Assembly (NCBI RefSeq): GCF_006345805.1
Contig: NC_042998.1
Span: 91,512,001 to 91,576,000, forward strand
DNA from: Octopus sinensis
Lineage: Eukaryota
Direction of reading: 5' to 3'
DNA: 64,000 nucleotides
The notes below the pieces were generated by a model. It had not been told where the DNA came from and did no database searches. It was given only the letters and a program-made list of their open reading frames with translations. This document shows, in pieces, positions 39,811-54,100 of the stretch. A program made the translations under genes and the position numbers. Numbering within the stretch: the stretch's first letter is position 1; every line of letters begins with the position of its first letter.

Positions 39811-41199
39811 TAGTTTGAATATTCAAAATATTCATTTCATACTATTATTATGTAAATATTCTCAATGTGCTTATTGTCCTTTAGAATATTTTTTAAACAA
39901 ATTAGTATTGAATATGTCCTTTGATACTGATAATGTCTAACTAATGCTTTATCTTATATGATTGTTTATAGGTTTGATATTAGTTCATCTTTGATTATCA
40001 TGTCATTGTGTAGAATGTCTTAGTGTATACATTTGCATGAAAAAGAGCCTATAATACTTGCATTTTGTGCATATATGTAAAGTGAAACATGCTCAGTATT
40101 GAAGTTTGTATTCATGATTACATTTATCATATGAGAATTAATCTAAATAAGGGGATTTTGTATAAAATCATGAAGAAATATTTTAGTAAATAACAGGATT
40201 CTCTCTGCCTAGTTTTTAGAATTTAACAATTCATAATTGTACATTCTTGAAATATATTCTTCATAGGCCATTTACTTCATCCTTGGAGTTATTGTTTTAC
40301 ACATCATATTGAACATCCATATTTTTACTCCCTTTTCCTAAAAGTATACAGTTTCTTAGTTGAGTTGTAATCTTAGGTACTGTATTTAGTAAGCAACATT
40401 GTTATCTCACTACAAATGAAGGAACAGGTTTCTGAAAATTATAGGAAATCACAGAGACTCTTAAAAATAAACTTACAGTAAAAAGAAAAATATGCAAGAT
40501 GGGATTCATAGTTTTAGGATGTTTCTTGTAAAATCTCATCTCCAAAATTCAGAGATGTACATCTGTATTTCTTCTAAATGGTTTAATGGGAATTTAATCT
40601 TATATAATTTAGTTGAATTTCTTTATATTTGTTTCTTTTTATTTTATTTATATGGTATTTCTTTATTTTAAATGTTAGTAGTCTTTATTTGAAAAATTAG
40701 TTAAATACAACGCAGATACTTAGTATACTGGGTTTATGTGTATAAAAAATATCAAGGGAGAATTCACAAAAAAACAAAAGATGAAGACAGGTGGTGTAGA
40801 CAATAAACAGATGTATTAATTTAACACTCAGAAATTGAAAAAGTCTTTAACGTTTTGAAGAAAAGGAAGACATACCAAGAAAAATTAGTTTATGTGGTTC
40901 CATGTGGTCAATTGCTTATGCATCCTTAGATTGTTCATATTTGTAGATAACAGGATATAAGCATAAATATGCAACCATATACAGACATATGCACACTGTT
41001 TACTCAATATAAATGTCTTCTATCTTTCCTGTAGGTTAGCATTTTAGTGTTCAACTGTAATCAACTCTTCCATCTACAGGATTTCTGTTGCTATTGCTCA
41101 TCACTCACTATCTTGCTGTGTCACAAATAATACACATAATACACTTTGCCTCTTTTGTGTAGAATGATACCCTGTTGACCTAGCAACTGCAATAACTAC

Positions 41200-43050
41200 A
41201 TAAAATCATATCCCTTTATATTCTAGCTGGTGTTTCAACTATTATATTTTTTACTACATCATACCACTGCACTGATTTATGACCTCTTAAGTAATGGAAA
41301 ATATTTTCTTCCTCACTTGAACTATCTACGAAGGTCATGTAATTCATATGATGGAGTTTCTGTGCATCATTTGCATCTAAATTCCTGGTTCTTTGCTAGT
41401 CTGTCAAAGATCCTTCTGCACTTTTTGAACAACCATTGTTTACACTTGAATACACAGTATTTAGTTCTTCACTATGTTGGGTCAGAACTTACATAGCGAA
41501 TAAAACCAGTTTCTATATAGCTCTGAGATATTATGCTCTTTGTTACCAATTAGGACTGTTGCCAACACTATTATCATCTACAGGGCTTTTAATTGTTTCT
41601 ATGTTTGGGACGCATTTTATGTAATATTTTTGATAACTTATTCAATGGGAGCTAGGTTATAAAAGTTTCCAAGGACATTTAAATTTGAACACGGATTATA
41701 TTTTCAAAAATTAAGGGATTAGAACACAATAATACATCCCTGTATATGGAGTTTGCAGCTGAACTTACTGGCAGTTTTGACATTGATTGTAAACATTCTT
41801 GTACATGACTTGAATTTGTTCTTACAAATTTTTCATATTCGCATATGCTACTATTTATACATCTGATTAATGAGTAAGAGATGCTGTAAAAGCGACTTCC
41901 TCAGTTGACAAATAGACTGTAAAATGTTGCAAGAATTCTCTATATAGTTTTCAGATTCAAATCAAACTATATTTTTCCAAAGCCAACTCTATCCTCAATA
42001 TTCTTAATCCGTTAGTTTTTATCTTCAATAATACCATATATCCATTTAGTTTTTACATCACTTTTTGATAATATTGCTGATTATTACAGATGACAGCTTT
42101 CTATACTATCTTATGCATAGCACCCTTTTGTAATGACATTTCTATGTCTCTGACTTATGCCTCTTACATTGGAAAATTGTGTAAGAGTTGTTCTCAACAT
42201 ACTTCTGTCTAATGATTGCTGGCAGTTATATCATATTGTCTTGTATTTAAGAATAGTACACAATTCTTATTCTTATAATATAGAACATTAAAAAACTATT
42301 CTACCTTCAGCTTTTTTGTTGGTTAAATAAAATTATCATCTGGTTTCTAGCATTTCTTCCAATACTGTGGACTAGTCCTTATAGCCTTATCCACCATTCC
42401 ACTGTACTATTCCACCAATATATATGACTGTTTCCTGTATGGAGTTCTGCTTCATTCACTGATTCTGAGTAAACATATACTTTAGAAATACTTAACTGTC
42501 ATCTGTGTTATAAGTTGGTTTTTTCCCCCCTAAATTGTTAGTCTTACAGATTTTTACTCTTATAGCTCTTTCAGTCTTTCCTTCTTTATCATACTAATTG
42601 GAAGTCTCGTCTATTAGTAAAGTCTATTCACTTTCTTCTCCTCTGTGTCATTTGTTTCCTTAAGTTCTTCATACACAAACTGGCTTCATAAGCCCCTAAC
42701 TAATCAATGTTGTGGTTACACTTGTCACTATAATAGAGAAACCATTCGTGAGCTTTGTTTTCTGGTAGCAAATCCACTGTATGACATGCTGAGTGGTAGG
42801 TGGTTCATTGACCAGCAGGTTGTATCATAGTTTGTCATATCAACCCAATAACTTTGTACCACAGAACTTATAGAAGCTTTCATACCACTTCATTTATTGT
42901 TTCATATACATACTGTCTTTGAGCACAAATGTATTCATATCATTTCTCTATATAATTCAAGGGAATAATGGCAATATCATTGCCATCATTCTCCAGAAGA
43001 TTTTGTATATTGATAATTCTAGAAAGCACCTTATGTCCAAAATAGTTGGT
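41200..43050 (-). mobile_element. Very degenerate LINE remnant
   Basis: Reverse complement near 41620-41670 can be read, with frameshifts, as Y.P.SLLNKLSKIL (RT-proximal YRPISLL...KI motif). Boundaries uncertain. Confidence 0.3.
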
Positions 43051-44269
43051 TGAAATTTTCAATTATAATTGAGTAGTTGACAAGAGAAATGAGAAAGTAA
43101 AATAATAAAACAGAATATTTTAAGAAAATTTGTATTCTGCTTTGTTCAACAATGTATTTAAGCTAATGAAGGAGCAGTTACATGGTTGTATGACCTGGTA
43201 AAAGCAACCAAATTCCTTCATATCCCATTGTCTTAAAAAGGTAGATACTGGATAATAGGTTGCTTGTAAACAAGTAAAAGACAACATAATCATGGCTAAA
43301 AGGTCTTCGGTCAGAAGTCTGCTGCATTAAAACTGACTTGTGGCTAAACAACATTTACTGCTATCACAACAACTCCATCGGTAGCACACTGTATATTTGT
43401 TAAAAAGATATCAAATGCTAATGCATTGCTGTGTCTCATATATAATTGGAGTTGGGAATATATTTAGTACTTACTTATAAATGATTACTTTGCTAAAAAG
43501 AAAAGTTACAGCTAATTAATTAATGCTGTTTAGTTTTATTTTCATATGAAAATCATTTTCATATAATTATACTTGCTTCTTGTAATTGTAGATATCTATG
43601 TGCTTTATAACTTTCAACGCTAAATTTGTTTTGGATTTAAGAACAACTCTAATTCTTTATTATGTAAATGATTTATGTTATATAAATCAAACAATATTTC
43701 TGCATTAAATAATATTAACAAATGATATTTAAATGTTCAAAAGTAAGGAGTTGTTTGCAATTGTGGGAAGTTCAAAACAATTGTATTTTATTCTCCTGTT
43801 CCTTAGTTAAAATGATAAAATTCATTGGTAGTTGTTTTAGTTGTTGAAAGTTCATTTTTTTTTTTTAATATTTGAAGATCTATCTAACTCATTTCAACAG
43901 CTAAATTCGTATAACTTCTCAATACACAATAATCAAAAGCAAAAATACAATTTCCAGTGGACATGTTATGTACATGATACCTAATATTTGAGAAAATTGT
44001 GTATGTTCCATTTGGTTGCAGAATATTATTTAACTTTTATGCAAATATTTTCTTATTTCATGCCACTATAATAAATGACTCTATTAAAAATTTCTTTATC
44101 TTTTATTTTTAAATATTAATCCTTCTTTTTTCATTGCAACTTTATTTTAAGATATTTATTATTATAGTTAATGGCTTGTAATGTTGATTAATTATACCTA
44201 ACTACCTACCTACCTACATACATACATGCATACATGTAAATACATATATTCATATCTTCTTTTTGAACA

Positions 44270-44552
44270 AATGTCTTTCACTTGGTTTTTTTTTTTTATT
44301 TCAGGTAAGATATCAACTTCTTTTATGGAACATCTTTTATCAATTACCAAATTGAATCTACTTAATAAAGTTATACTACAGTATTGTTACATACTCGTTA
44401 TGGTATTGTTACATACCCATTATGGTATCTGTACTCAAAATATGTAGATATGTGGGAAAAAGTGAGAAATATTCAACAGGGAAAGTATATCTTAAAGTCT
44501 AATTAAAATGTTTACCAAAGTTATGACTTAATTTTCTGCATCTCAGGTATGT
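44270..44552 (+). promoter_or_regulatory. Candidate recursive splice site plus cryptic RS-exon upstream of exon B, paralogue of 28490-28730
   Basis: ttttttttttttatttCAG|GTAAGA at 44304/44305; ttaattttctgcatctCAG|GTATGT at 44546/44547. Confidence 0.55.
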
Positions 44553-45596
44553 AAACTCATAATTTCTATTTTCAAGAATTAAGATTTTATTTATTATAAG
44601 CAGGTTTGGTAGAAAACTAAAACATTCTTGATTTATGATTATTTTTTTTTTTGTTCATATTTTTATTTTATCCTCATTTATATTCACCCTGTCTTATTTT
44701 CAGATAGACAATCACATTGCAGTTTACTATTGATAGTTTGATTTGTTTCATTTTTTTTCCTCAGAAGAAATTCAACAATAATATTTCTGAAATTTAGAAA
44801 ACATTTTGTTTCTGTTTTTTTTTCTTCTTTAAATATTAAAGCAAATGTTTTGTTGTATCTTAGGAAGGTCATTATGCCAATAATAAACATATGCAGTCCA
44901 TATGTTTATTATTGATATCATGACCCTCCTGAGATATAACAAAATATATTTCAACACATGAGTTCACATCAAGAATCTTGCAAACCAAATAATGTAACTA
45001 TTACTGTTTTTTAATTTCATAAAGATATCAATTTTGTTGAGTTACATATGAATAATTTTAAACTTTTTTGATACCAGCCTACCTTGACTAATATAATTAG
45101 GACTTAATTTATTAAAGATGATGAAAGTCAGACATGTGTAACTGTTATTATAAGGAGGTTTTACATGGAACAAAAGAATATCTTTTTTTATATTTTACTT
45201 TATGCAATTTACATCTCTACTTGCCATGATATCATACTCCTTGAGTAAAATATTAAGGTACTCTTAAGATAAAAACTATAAGTTACTAAGAAAATAGTTG
45301 AAATAAATTTACTTGTTAAATGACTGGATATGAAATAGATATATTTAAAATATAACAAAAAACTTGAGGTTTAATTATTATTTAACTATATATTTAGAAT
45401 AATTCTACAATCAGAAACATTTGAATAAATAAACTATAAATGGAAGTTTTTGAAAAGAATTGTGATAAAAATTGTGAACACTTTGGAAAATTAGGTCTAA
45501 ATTCAAAGACAAGGAATCTATGTCACTTCTCAGTTATATTAAAGCCAACTAGCTATACAATTCAATCAATAACCAACAAATCTGTAATATATCTAA

Positions 45597-45998
45597 GGAG
45601 TAGCTGTGTGGTAAGTAGCTTGCTTACCAACCACATGGTTCGGGTTCAGTCCCACTGCGTGGCACCTTGGGCAAGTGTCTTCTACTATAGCCTCAGGCCG
45701 ACCAAAGCCTTGTGAGTGGATTTGGTAGACGGAAACTGAAAGAAGCCCGTCGTATATAGGTATATATATATATGTACGTGTATGTTTGTGTGTCTGTGTT
45801 TGTCCCCCTAGCATTGCTTGACAACCGATGCTGGTGTGTTTATGTCCCCGTCACTTAGCGGTTCGGCAAAAGACCGATAGAATAAGTACTGGGCTTACAA
45901 AGAATAAGTCCTGGGGTCGAGTTTCTCGATTAAAGGCGGTGCTTCAGCATGGCCGCAGTCAAATGACTGAAACAAGTAAAAGAGAATAAAAGAGAGTA
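45597..45998 (+). mobile_element. Full-length young tRNA-derived SINE
   Basis: ggagtagctgtgtggtaagtagc...gggttcagtccc head, internal (TA/TG)n, tail gaaacaagtaaaagagaataaaagagag; inverted partner of 22344-22753. Confidence 0.9.
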
Positions 45999-46489
45999 AT
46001 CATTGGCACACAAAAATTTCAGTTTCAGAGACATATCTTTCAAATGTTCAACATATATGTTAGTCAAGACTATAATCAACCATTTAGTATATTGTAATAT
46101 TTAATATATGAAATCAATTATAGAAATTAACCAGTATGCACCAATTTCATTACAACCAAGACAATTACTTTATTTGGCACACAATCTATTCAAAGAGTAC
46201 TATATATTGGGCTAGGATAGGGTAACAACTGATAGCAGTTGCAGATCTCATCAAATGTATGAATAACAAGCAAAATAAAACACTCACCTTGTCAAACATT
46301 CAAATCGCTAACAAAGAATCATTATACAAACTTCACTACATTATATATTATGCCGAATAGAGGTTCCATTTCATTCGTATGAAAATCAAAATATTCATCT
46401 TCATATAAAAAGCATCACTCAATGTAAAATATAACATAGCTTATAAAATTCCGGTTGCAATGTATTTAATCTTATTTCATTAATAAAAT

Positions 46490-46722
46490 GTGTGAGTGTA
46501 TATATGTATGTATGTATGTATATATGTATGTATATATATATATGAATATATATATATATACATATATATGTGTATATATATGTATATATATATACATATG
46601 TATGTATATATATGTATATATATATGTGTATATATATATATATGTGTGTGTGTGTGTATATATATGTGTGTGAGTGTGTGTATATATATGTATGTGTGTG
46701 TGTATATATATATATATGTATG
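46490..46722. repeat. (TA)n/(TG)n microsatellite
   Basis: Direct inspection. Confidence 0.9.
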
Positions 46723-46744
46723 TAGAAGTGGCAGTAGAAGTAGA

Positions 46745-47420
46745 GAGTCAATAATTTTCCAAAGACGTTTGAGATGGGGGGACATTTGGTAAGGATGAAT
46801 GATGAGCAACTGCCTAAGCAGCTATTGTATGGTGGACTGGAAGATGGCAGGAGACCAGCGCAAAAGCCTAAACTAAGGTTTAAGGATTGCCTTTAAAATG
46901 CTCTAATACAGATAGGAATTGCAGCTGGTAATTGGGAGAGAGAGGCATAAGACCATGATGGATGGAGAAAGATAGTGCATGATGGTTGTTCTAAGTTTGA
47001 GAGGGGGAGAGTGAAATATGAGAAAATTAGAAGGGGACTTAGAAGGGGGAACCTGCGGAGAGTGTTGCTTTTTATGTGTATGGTTTGTGGGTGGTGGTGT
47101 GTGAGTCGTGCAGGCCTGGTGAGCTATCAAGATTCTCATAGAAATCGACCCTTGATAAACAATGATGTGGCTATTAAAATTCATAACAGAACATATGTAA
47201 AATGTGGAAGGGTGTGCCTCTCAGTTGGAAGGCTAAAAAGACATGCTAAGAAAGTGCATATGGTGGCACCTCTTTCTCCTGCCAGTTGTCTAGTATGTAA
47301 TAAAATGTGTAAAAGCTTGGCTGGGCTTAAAAGTCATATAAGGGCATCATACGGCAATAATCATGAAACCTTTTCAGTAAGTCTTCTTGGCAATGGCTTT
47401 TCTCATGTAACGAGTATGCA
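46745..47420 (+). mobile_element. RTE/BovB-like LINE 3' fragment with C-terminal C2H2 zinc fingers
   Basis: [44 protein letters not shown] (with frameshift and stops), then [48 protein letters not shown]. Confidence 0.85.
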
Positions 47421-47424
47421 GCTG

Positions 47425-48003
<579 letters not shown>

Positions 48004-48117
48004 AGACATTATATGTATTTTTTTCATTGATCAAGGGGGTATATATACATGGAGACAAAACAAAATGTTTTCTTTTATATGAGAAAGTATTTTTTAAAAT
48101 TGTTTGATTTATATTAG

Positions 48118-51100
48118 GTGATTTGCCAGTTCCTACAGAAATAAAAGGAACAGAAGAATATAGTGAAGAAAATATTACAGAAATATCAGAGAAGGTTTTA
48201 AAGGAAGCTAAGGAAACAAAAGATTATTCACCCAAATTGCAAGCAACTACAGGCATTGAAATGGATATCACTGTACAAAGAGCTTCATTTGTAGTAGAAC
48301 CAAGTACATATGACATAGTAGAACATACTGTAGAGGCAAAAGATGTTGAAAAAGAAATAGGAAAATCAGATGATGTTTCTATTTTACAAAGGGAACAAAT
48401 AACGATAGAACCAACAAAAATTCAGAGTCAAACAGTTAAAAATATACAAATTGAAACTAAAGATTCAAAAGAATATGGCATTAAACCTGAAAGTAAACAA
48501 GAAGTCTCTATCCAACTTGATATTGGTGCTAAACCTGTTCAGAAAACAGAAGTCATATCTATTGATATTGGTAAACCTGAGAAACCAGTCAGTGAATTTG
48601 AAATGCAAGTAGCACCTGCAGTATCTGAGGTTATTTCTGTAGAAAAAGAACAGATAACAACTGATAAGAAGTTAATTATCATTAGCAAAGAAGAAACTGA
48701 AGTTATTCCAGAAATTTCTACAGTTGATATTGTGCCAGAAAGTACAATCCAGATTGAAGCTAAAGAAATGGAAATTAAAGAGAAGAAACCACAAATTACT
48801 GATATTACAGCAATTTCTACTGCTGTTATGAAAGAGAAACAACCAGAAGAAGATATATCTGAGACGGTAATACCAGAGAAAGTTGAAACTGCTAAAGTTA
48901 CCTCAATTATAACTACAAGCACTGAGGAACGGAAGACTAAGATTTCTCCAGAGAAAATTAGTGATATTCCTGTGGAAATGACAATATCAATTGACTCTAA
49001 GAAAGTCACATCTGAAGATCAGGTACCAATGATTATAAAGACTGAACAGACATATACAACAGGTGAAGAAGAAGTGGAGAAAGAAGTTACAGTGCAGACA
49101 TTGGAGATGCCATTACAAGACACAGTAACTGTAAAACCAGCGGAAAAAACTGGTATTCAAATTTCTGTGAGTTCTACAAAAGCATCTGCTATTGAAGAAG
49201 TTCCTGTTGAAGATGTAACTGATAAGGTTGTTGAAATCAGCAAGGAAAGTGAAATCATTCCTGTGAGTAAAGAAGTGAAAGGTATCTCTGAAATGACCAT
49301 TATAAGTGCTCCATCAGTAAGCGTTGTCAGTACAGCCGAAGAAAAACTTTCTGAAGAAGAATTCTTTGATATTCCATCAACTGAAGAAAAGAAAGTGGAA
49401 CCGAAAGAGGTTTTTGATGAAGAAAAAGAAACATCAGTTAGTGTATGTGATGAGATTCACACAGCAAAAGATGTGTTAGATGATGCTATTGAACATATCA
49501 CTGATATAGAGAAAGAACATGTAGAGATACCTATGTCTACAGCTGTTGTTAGCACTGATCTTCAAGAGATTACAATTAAAGAAACAATTCCTTCTGAAAC
49601 TGTACATGAAGAAGTAGTTTCAGAGGAACCTGTTGAGGAGACAGAAATAGAAATTAAACCAGAAACTAAAGAGGAAATGTCTATTCAAATTGACATTGGT
49701 GCTAAACCTGTTGAGAAAACAGAAGTTGTATCCATTGATATTGGTAAACCAGAAAAAGTTGTCACTGAAATTGAAAAGACAGAGGTTGATATTAAACCAG
49801 AAATGAGAAAGGAAATGTCTATCCAACTTGAGATTTCTGATAAACCTGTTGAGACAACAGAGATTACCAGAATTGATATTGGTAAACCAGAAGACTTAGT
49901 CACTGAAATTGAAAAGACAGAGGTTGATGTTAAACCTAAAACTAAAGAGAAAGTGGCTATCCAACTTGAGATTTCTGATAAACCTGTTGAGAAAACAGAG
50001 ATTACCAGAATTGATATTGGTAAACCAGAAGAAGTAGTCACTGAAATTGAAAAGACAGAGGTTGATATTAAACCTGAAACTAAAGGGGAAGTGGCTATCC
50101 AACTTGAGATTTCTGATAGACCTGTTGAGACAACAGAGATTACTGGAATTGATATTGGTAAGCCAGAGGTAGTCTTCACTGAAATTGAAAAGACAGAGGT
50201 TGATATTAAACCAGAATCTAAAGAGGAAGTGGCTATCCAACTTGAGATTTCTGATAAACCTGTTGAGAAAACAGAGATTACTAGAATTGATATCGGTAAA
50301 CCAGAAGAAGTAGTCACTGAAATTGAAAAGACAGAGGTTGATATTAAACCTGAATTTAAAGAGGAAGTGGCTATCCAACATGAGATATCTGATAAACCTG
50401 TTGAGACAACAGAGATTACCAGAATTGATATAGGTAAACCAGAAGAAGTTGTCACTGAAATTGAAGAGACAGAGGTTGATATTAAACCTGAAACTAAAGA
50501 GGAAGTGGCTATCCAACTTGAGATTTCTGATAAACCTGTTGAGAAAACAGAGATTACCAGAATTGATATTGGTAAACCAGAAGAAGTAGTGACTGAAATT
50601 GAAAAGACAGAGGTTGATATTAAACCTGAAACTAATGAGGAAGTGTCTATCCAACTTGAGATTTCTGATAAACCTGTTGAGACAACAGAGATTACCAGAA
50701 TTGATATTGGTAAACCAGAAGAAGTAGTCACTAAAGTTGAAAAGACAGAGGTTGATATTAAACCTGAAACTAAAGAGGAAGTGGCTATCCAACTTGAGAT
50801 TTCTGAGAAACCTGTTCAGAAAACAGAGATTACCAGTATCGATATTGGTAAACCAGAAGAAGTAGTCATTGAAATTGAAAAGACAGAGGTTGATATTAAA
50901 CCAGAATCTAAAGAGGAAGTGGCTATCGAACATGAGATATCTGATAAACCTGTTGAGACTACAGAGATTACCAGAATTGATATTGGTAAACCAGAAGTAG
51001 TCACTGAAATTGAAAAGACAGAGGTGGATATTAAACCTGAAACCAAAGAGGAAGTGGCTATCCAACTTGAGATTTCTGATAAACCTGTTGAGAAAACAGA

Positions 51101-54100
51101 GATTACCAGTATCGATATTGGTAAACCAGAAGAAATAGTCACTGAAATTGAAAAGACAGAGGTTGATATTAAACCTGCAACTAAAGAGGAAGTGGCTATC
51201 CAATTTGAGATTTCTGATAAACCTGTTGAGAAAACAGAGATTACCAGTATCGATATTGGTAAACCAGAAGAAATAGTCACTGAAATTGAAAAGACAGAGG
51301 TTCATATTAAACCTGCAACTAAAGAGGAAGTGGCTATCCAATTTGAGATTTCTGATAAACCTGTTGAGAAAACAGAGATTACCAGAATTGATATTGGTAA
51401 ACCAGAAGAAGTAGTGACTGAAATTGAAAAGACAGAGGTTGATATTAAACCTGAAACTAATGAGGAAGTGTCTATCCAACTTGAGATTTCTGATAAACCT
51501 GTTGAGACAACAGAGATTACCAGAATTGATATTGGTAAACCAGAAGAAGTAGTCACTAAAGTTGAAAAGACAGAGGTTGATATTAAACCTGAAACTAAAG
51601 AGGAAGTGGCTATCCAACTTGAGATTTCTGAGAAACCTGTTCAGAAAACAGAGATTACCAGTATCGATATTGGTAAACCAGAAGAAGTAGTCATTGAAAT
51701 TGAAAAGACAGAGGTTGATATTAAACCAGAATCTAAAGAGGAAGTGGCTATCGAACATGAGATTCTGATAAACCTGTTGAGAAAACAGAGATTACCAGAA
51801 TTGATATTGGTAAACCAGAAGTAGTCACTGAAATTGAAAAGACAGAGGTGGATATTAAACCTGAAACTAAAGAGGAAGTGGCTATCCAACTTGAGATTTC
51901 TGATAAATCTGTTGAGAAAGCAGAGATTACCAGAATTGATATTGGTAAACCAGAAGAAGTACGTACTGAAATTGAAAAGACGGATATTGATATTAAACCA
52001 GAATGTAAAGAGGAAGTGGCTATCCAACTTGAGATTTCTGATAAACCTGTTGAGACAACAGAGATTACCAGAATTGATATTGGTAAACCAGAAGACTTAG
52101 TCACTGAAATTGAAAAGACAGAGGTTGATGTTAAACCTAAAACTAAAGAGAAAGTGGCTATCCAACTTGAGATTTCTGATAAACCTGTTAGGACAACAGA
52201 GATTACCAGAATTGATATTGGTAAACCAGAAGAAGTAGTCACTAAAGTTGAAAAGACAGAGATTGATATTAAACCTGAAACTGAAGAGGAAGTGACAATC
52301 CAATTTGGGATTTCTGAGAAACCTGTTCAGAAAACAGAGATTACCAGTATCGATATTGGTAAACCAGAAGAAGTAGTCATTGAAATTGAAAAGACAGAGG
52401 TTGATATTAAACCAGAATCTAAAGAGGAAGTGGCTATCGAACATGAGATATCTGATAAACCTGTTGAGACTACAGAGATTACCAGAATTGATATTGGTAA
52501 ACCAGAAGTAGTCACTGAAATTGAAAAGACAGAGGTGGATATTAAACCTGAAACCAGAGAGGAAGTGGCTATCCAACTTGAGATTTCTGATAAACCTGTT
52601 GAGAAAACAGAGATTACCAGTATCGATATTGGTAAACCAGAAGAAATAGTCACTGAAATTGAAAAGACAGAGGTTGATATTAAACCTGCAACTAAAGAGG
52701 AAGTGGCTATCCAATTTGAGATTTCTGATAAACCTGTTGAGAAAACAGAGATTACCAGAATTGATATTGGTAAACCAGAAGAAGTAGTCACTGAAATTGA
52801 AAAGACAGAGGTGGATATTAAACCTGAAACTAAAGAGGAAGTGGCTATCCAACTTGAGATTTCTGATAAATCTGTTGAGAAAGCAGAGATTACCAGAATT
52901 GATATTGGTAAACCAGAAGAAGTACGTACTGAAATTGAAAAGACGGATATTGATATTAAACCAGAATGTAAAGAGGAAGTGGCTATCCAACTTGAGATTT
53001 CTGATAAACCTGTTGAGACAACAGAGATTACCAGAATTGATATTGGTAAACCAGAAGACTTAGTCACTGAAATTGAAAAGACAGAGGTTGATGTTAAACC
53101 TAAAACTAAAGAGAAGTGGCTATCCACTTGAGATTTCTGATAAACCTGTTAGGAAACAGAGATTACCAGAATTGATATTGGTAAACCAGAAGAAGTAGTC
53201 ACTAAATTGAAAAGACAGAGATTGATATTAAACCTGAAACTAAAGAGGAAGTGACAATCAATTTGAGATTTCTGATAAACCTGTTCAGAAAACAGAGATT
53301 ACCAGAATCGATATTGGTAAACCAGAAGAAATAGTCACTGAAATTGAAAAGACAGAGGTTGATATTATACCTGAAACTAAAGAGGAAGTGGCTATCCAAC
53401 TTGAGATTTCTGATAAATCTGTTGAGAAAACAGAGATTACCAGAATTGATATTGGTAAACCAGAAGAAGTACGTACTGAAATTGAAAAGACAGATATTGA
53501 TATTAAACCAGAATCTAAAGAGGAAGTGGCTATCCAACTTGAGATTTCTGATAAACCTTTTGAGAAAACAGAGATTACCAGAATTGACATTGGTAAACCA
53601 GAAGAAGTAATCACTGAAATTGAAAAGACAGAGGTTGATATTAAACCTGAAACTAAAGAGGAAGTGGCTATCCAATTTGAGATTTCTGATAAACCTGTTG
53701 AGACAACAGAGATTACCAGAATTGATATTGGTAAACCAGAAGAAGTTGTCACTGAAATTGAAAAGACAGAGGTTGATATTAAACCTGAAACTAAAGAAGA
53801 AGTGGCAATCCAATTAGAGATTTCTGATAAATTTGTTGAGAAAACAGAGATTACCAGAATTGATATTGGTAAACCAGAAGAAGTAGTCACTGAAATTGAA
53901 AAGACAGAGGTTGATATTAAACCTGAAACTAAAGAGGAAGTGGCTATCCAATTTGAGATTTCTGATAAACCTGTTGAGACAACAGAGATTACCAGAATTG
54001 ATATAGGGAAACCAGAAGAAGTAGTCACTGAAATTGAAAAGACAGAGGTTGATATTAAACCTGAAACTAAAGAGGAAGTGGCTATCCAATTTGAGATTTC

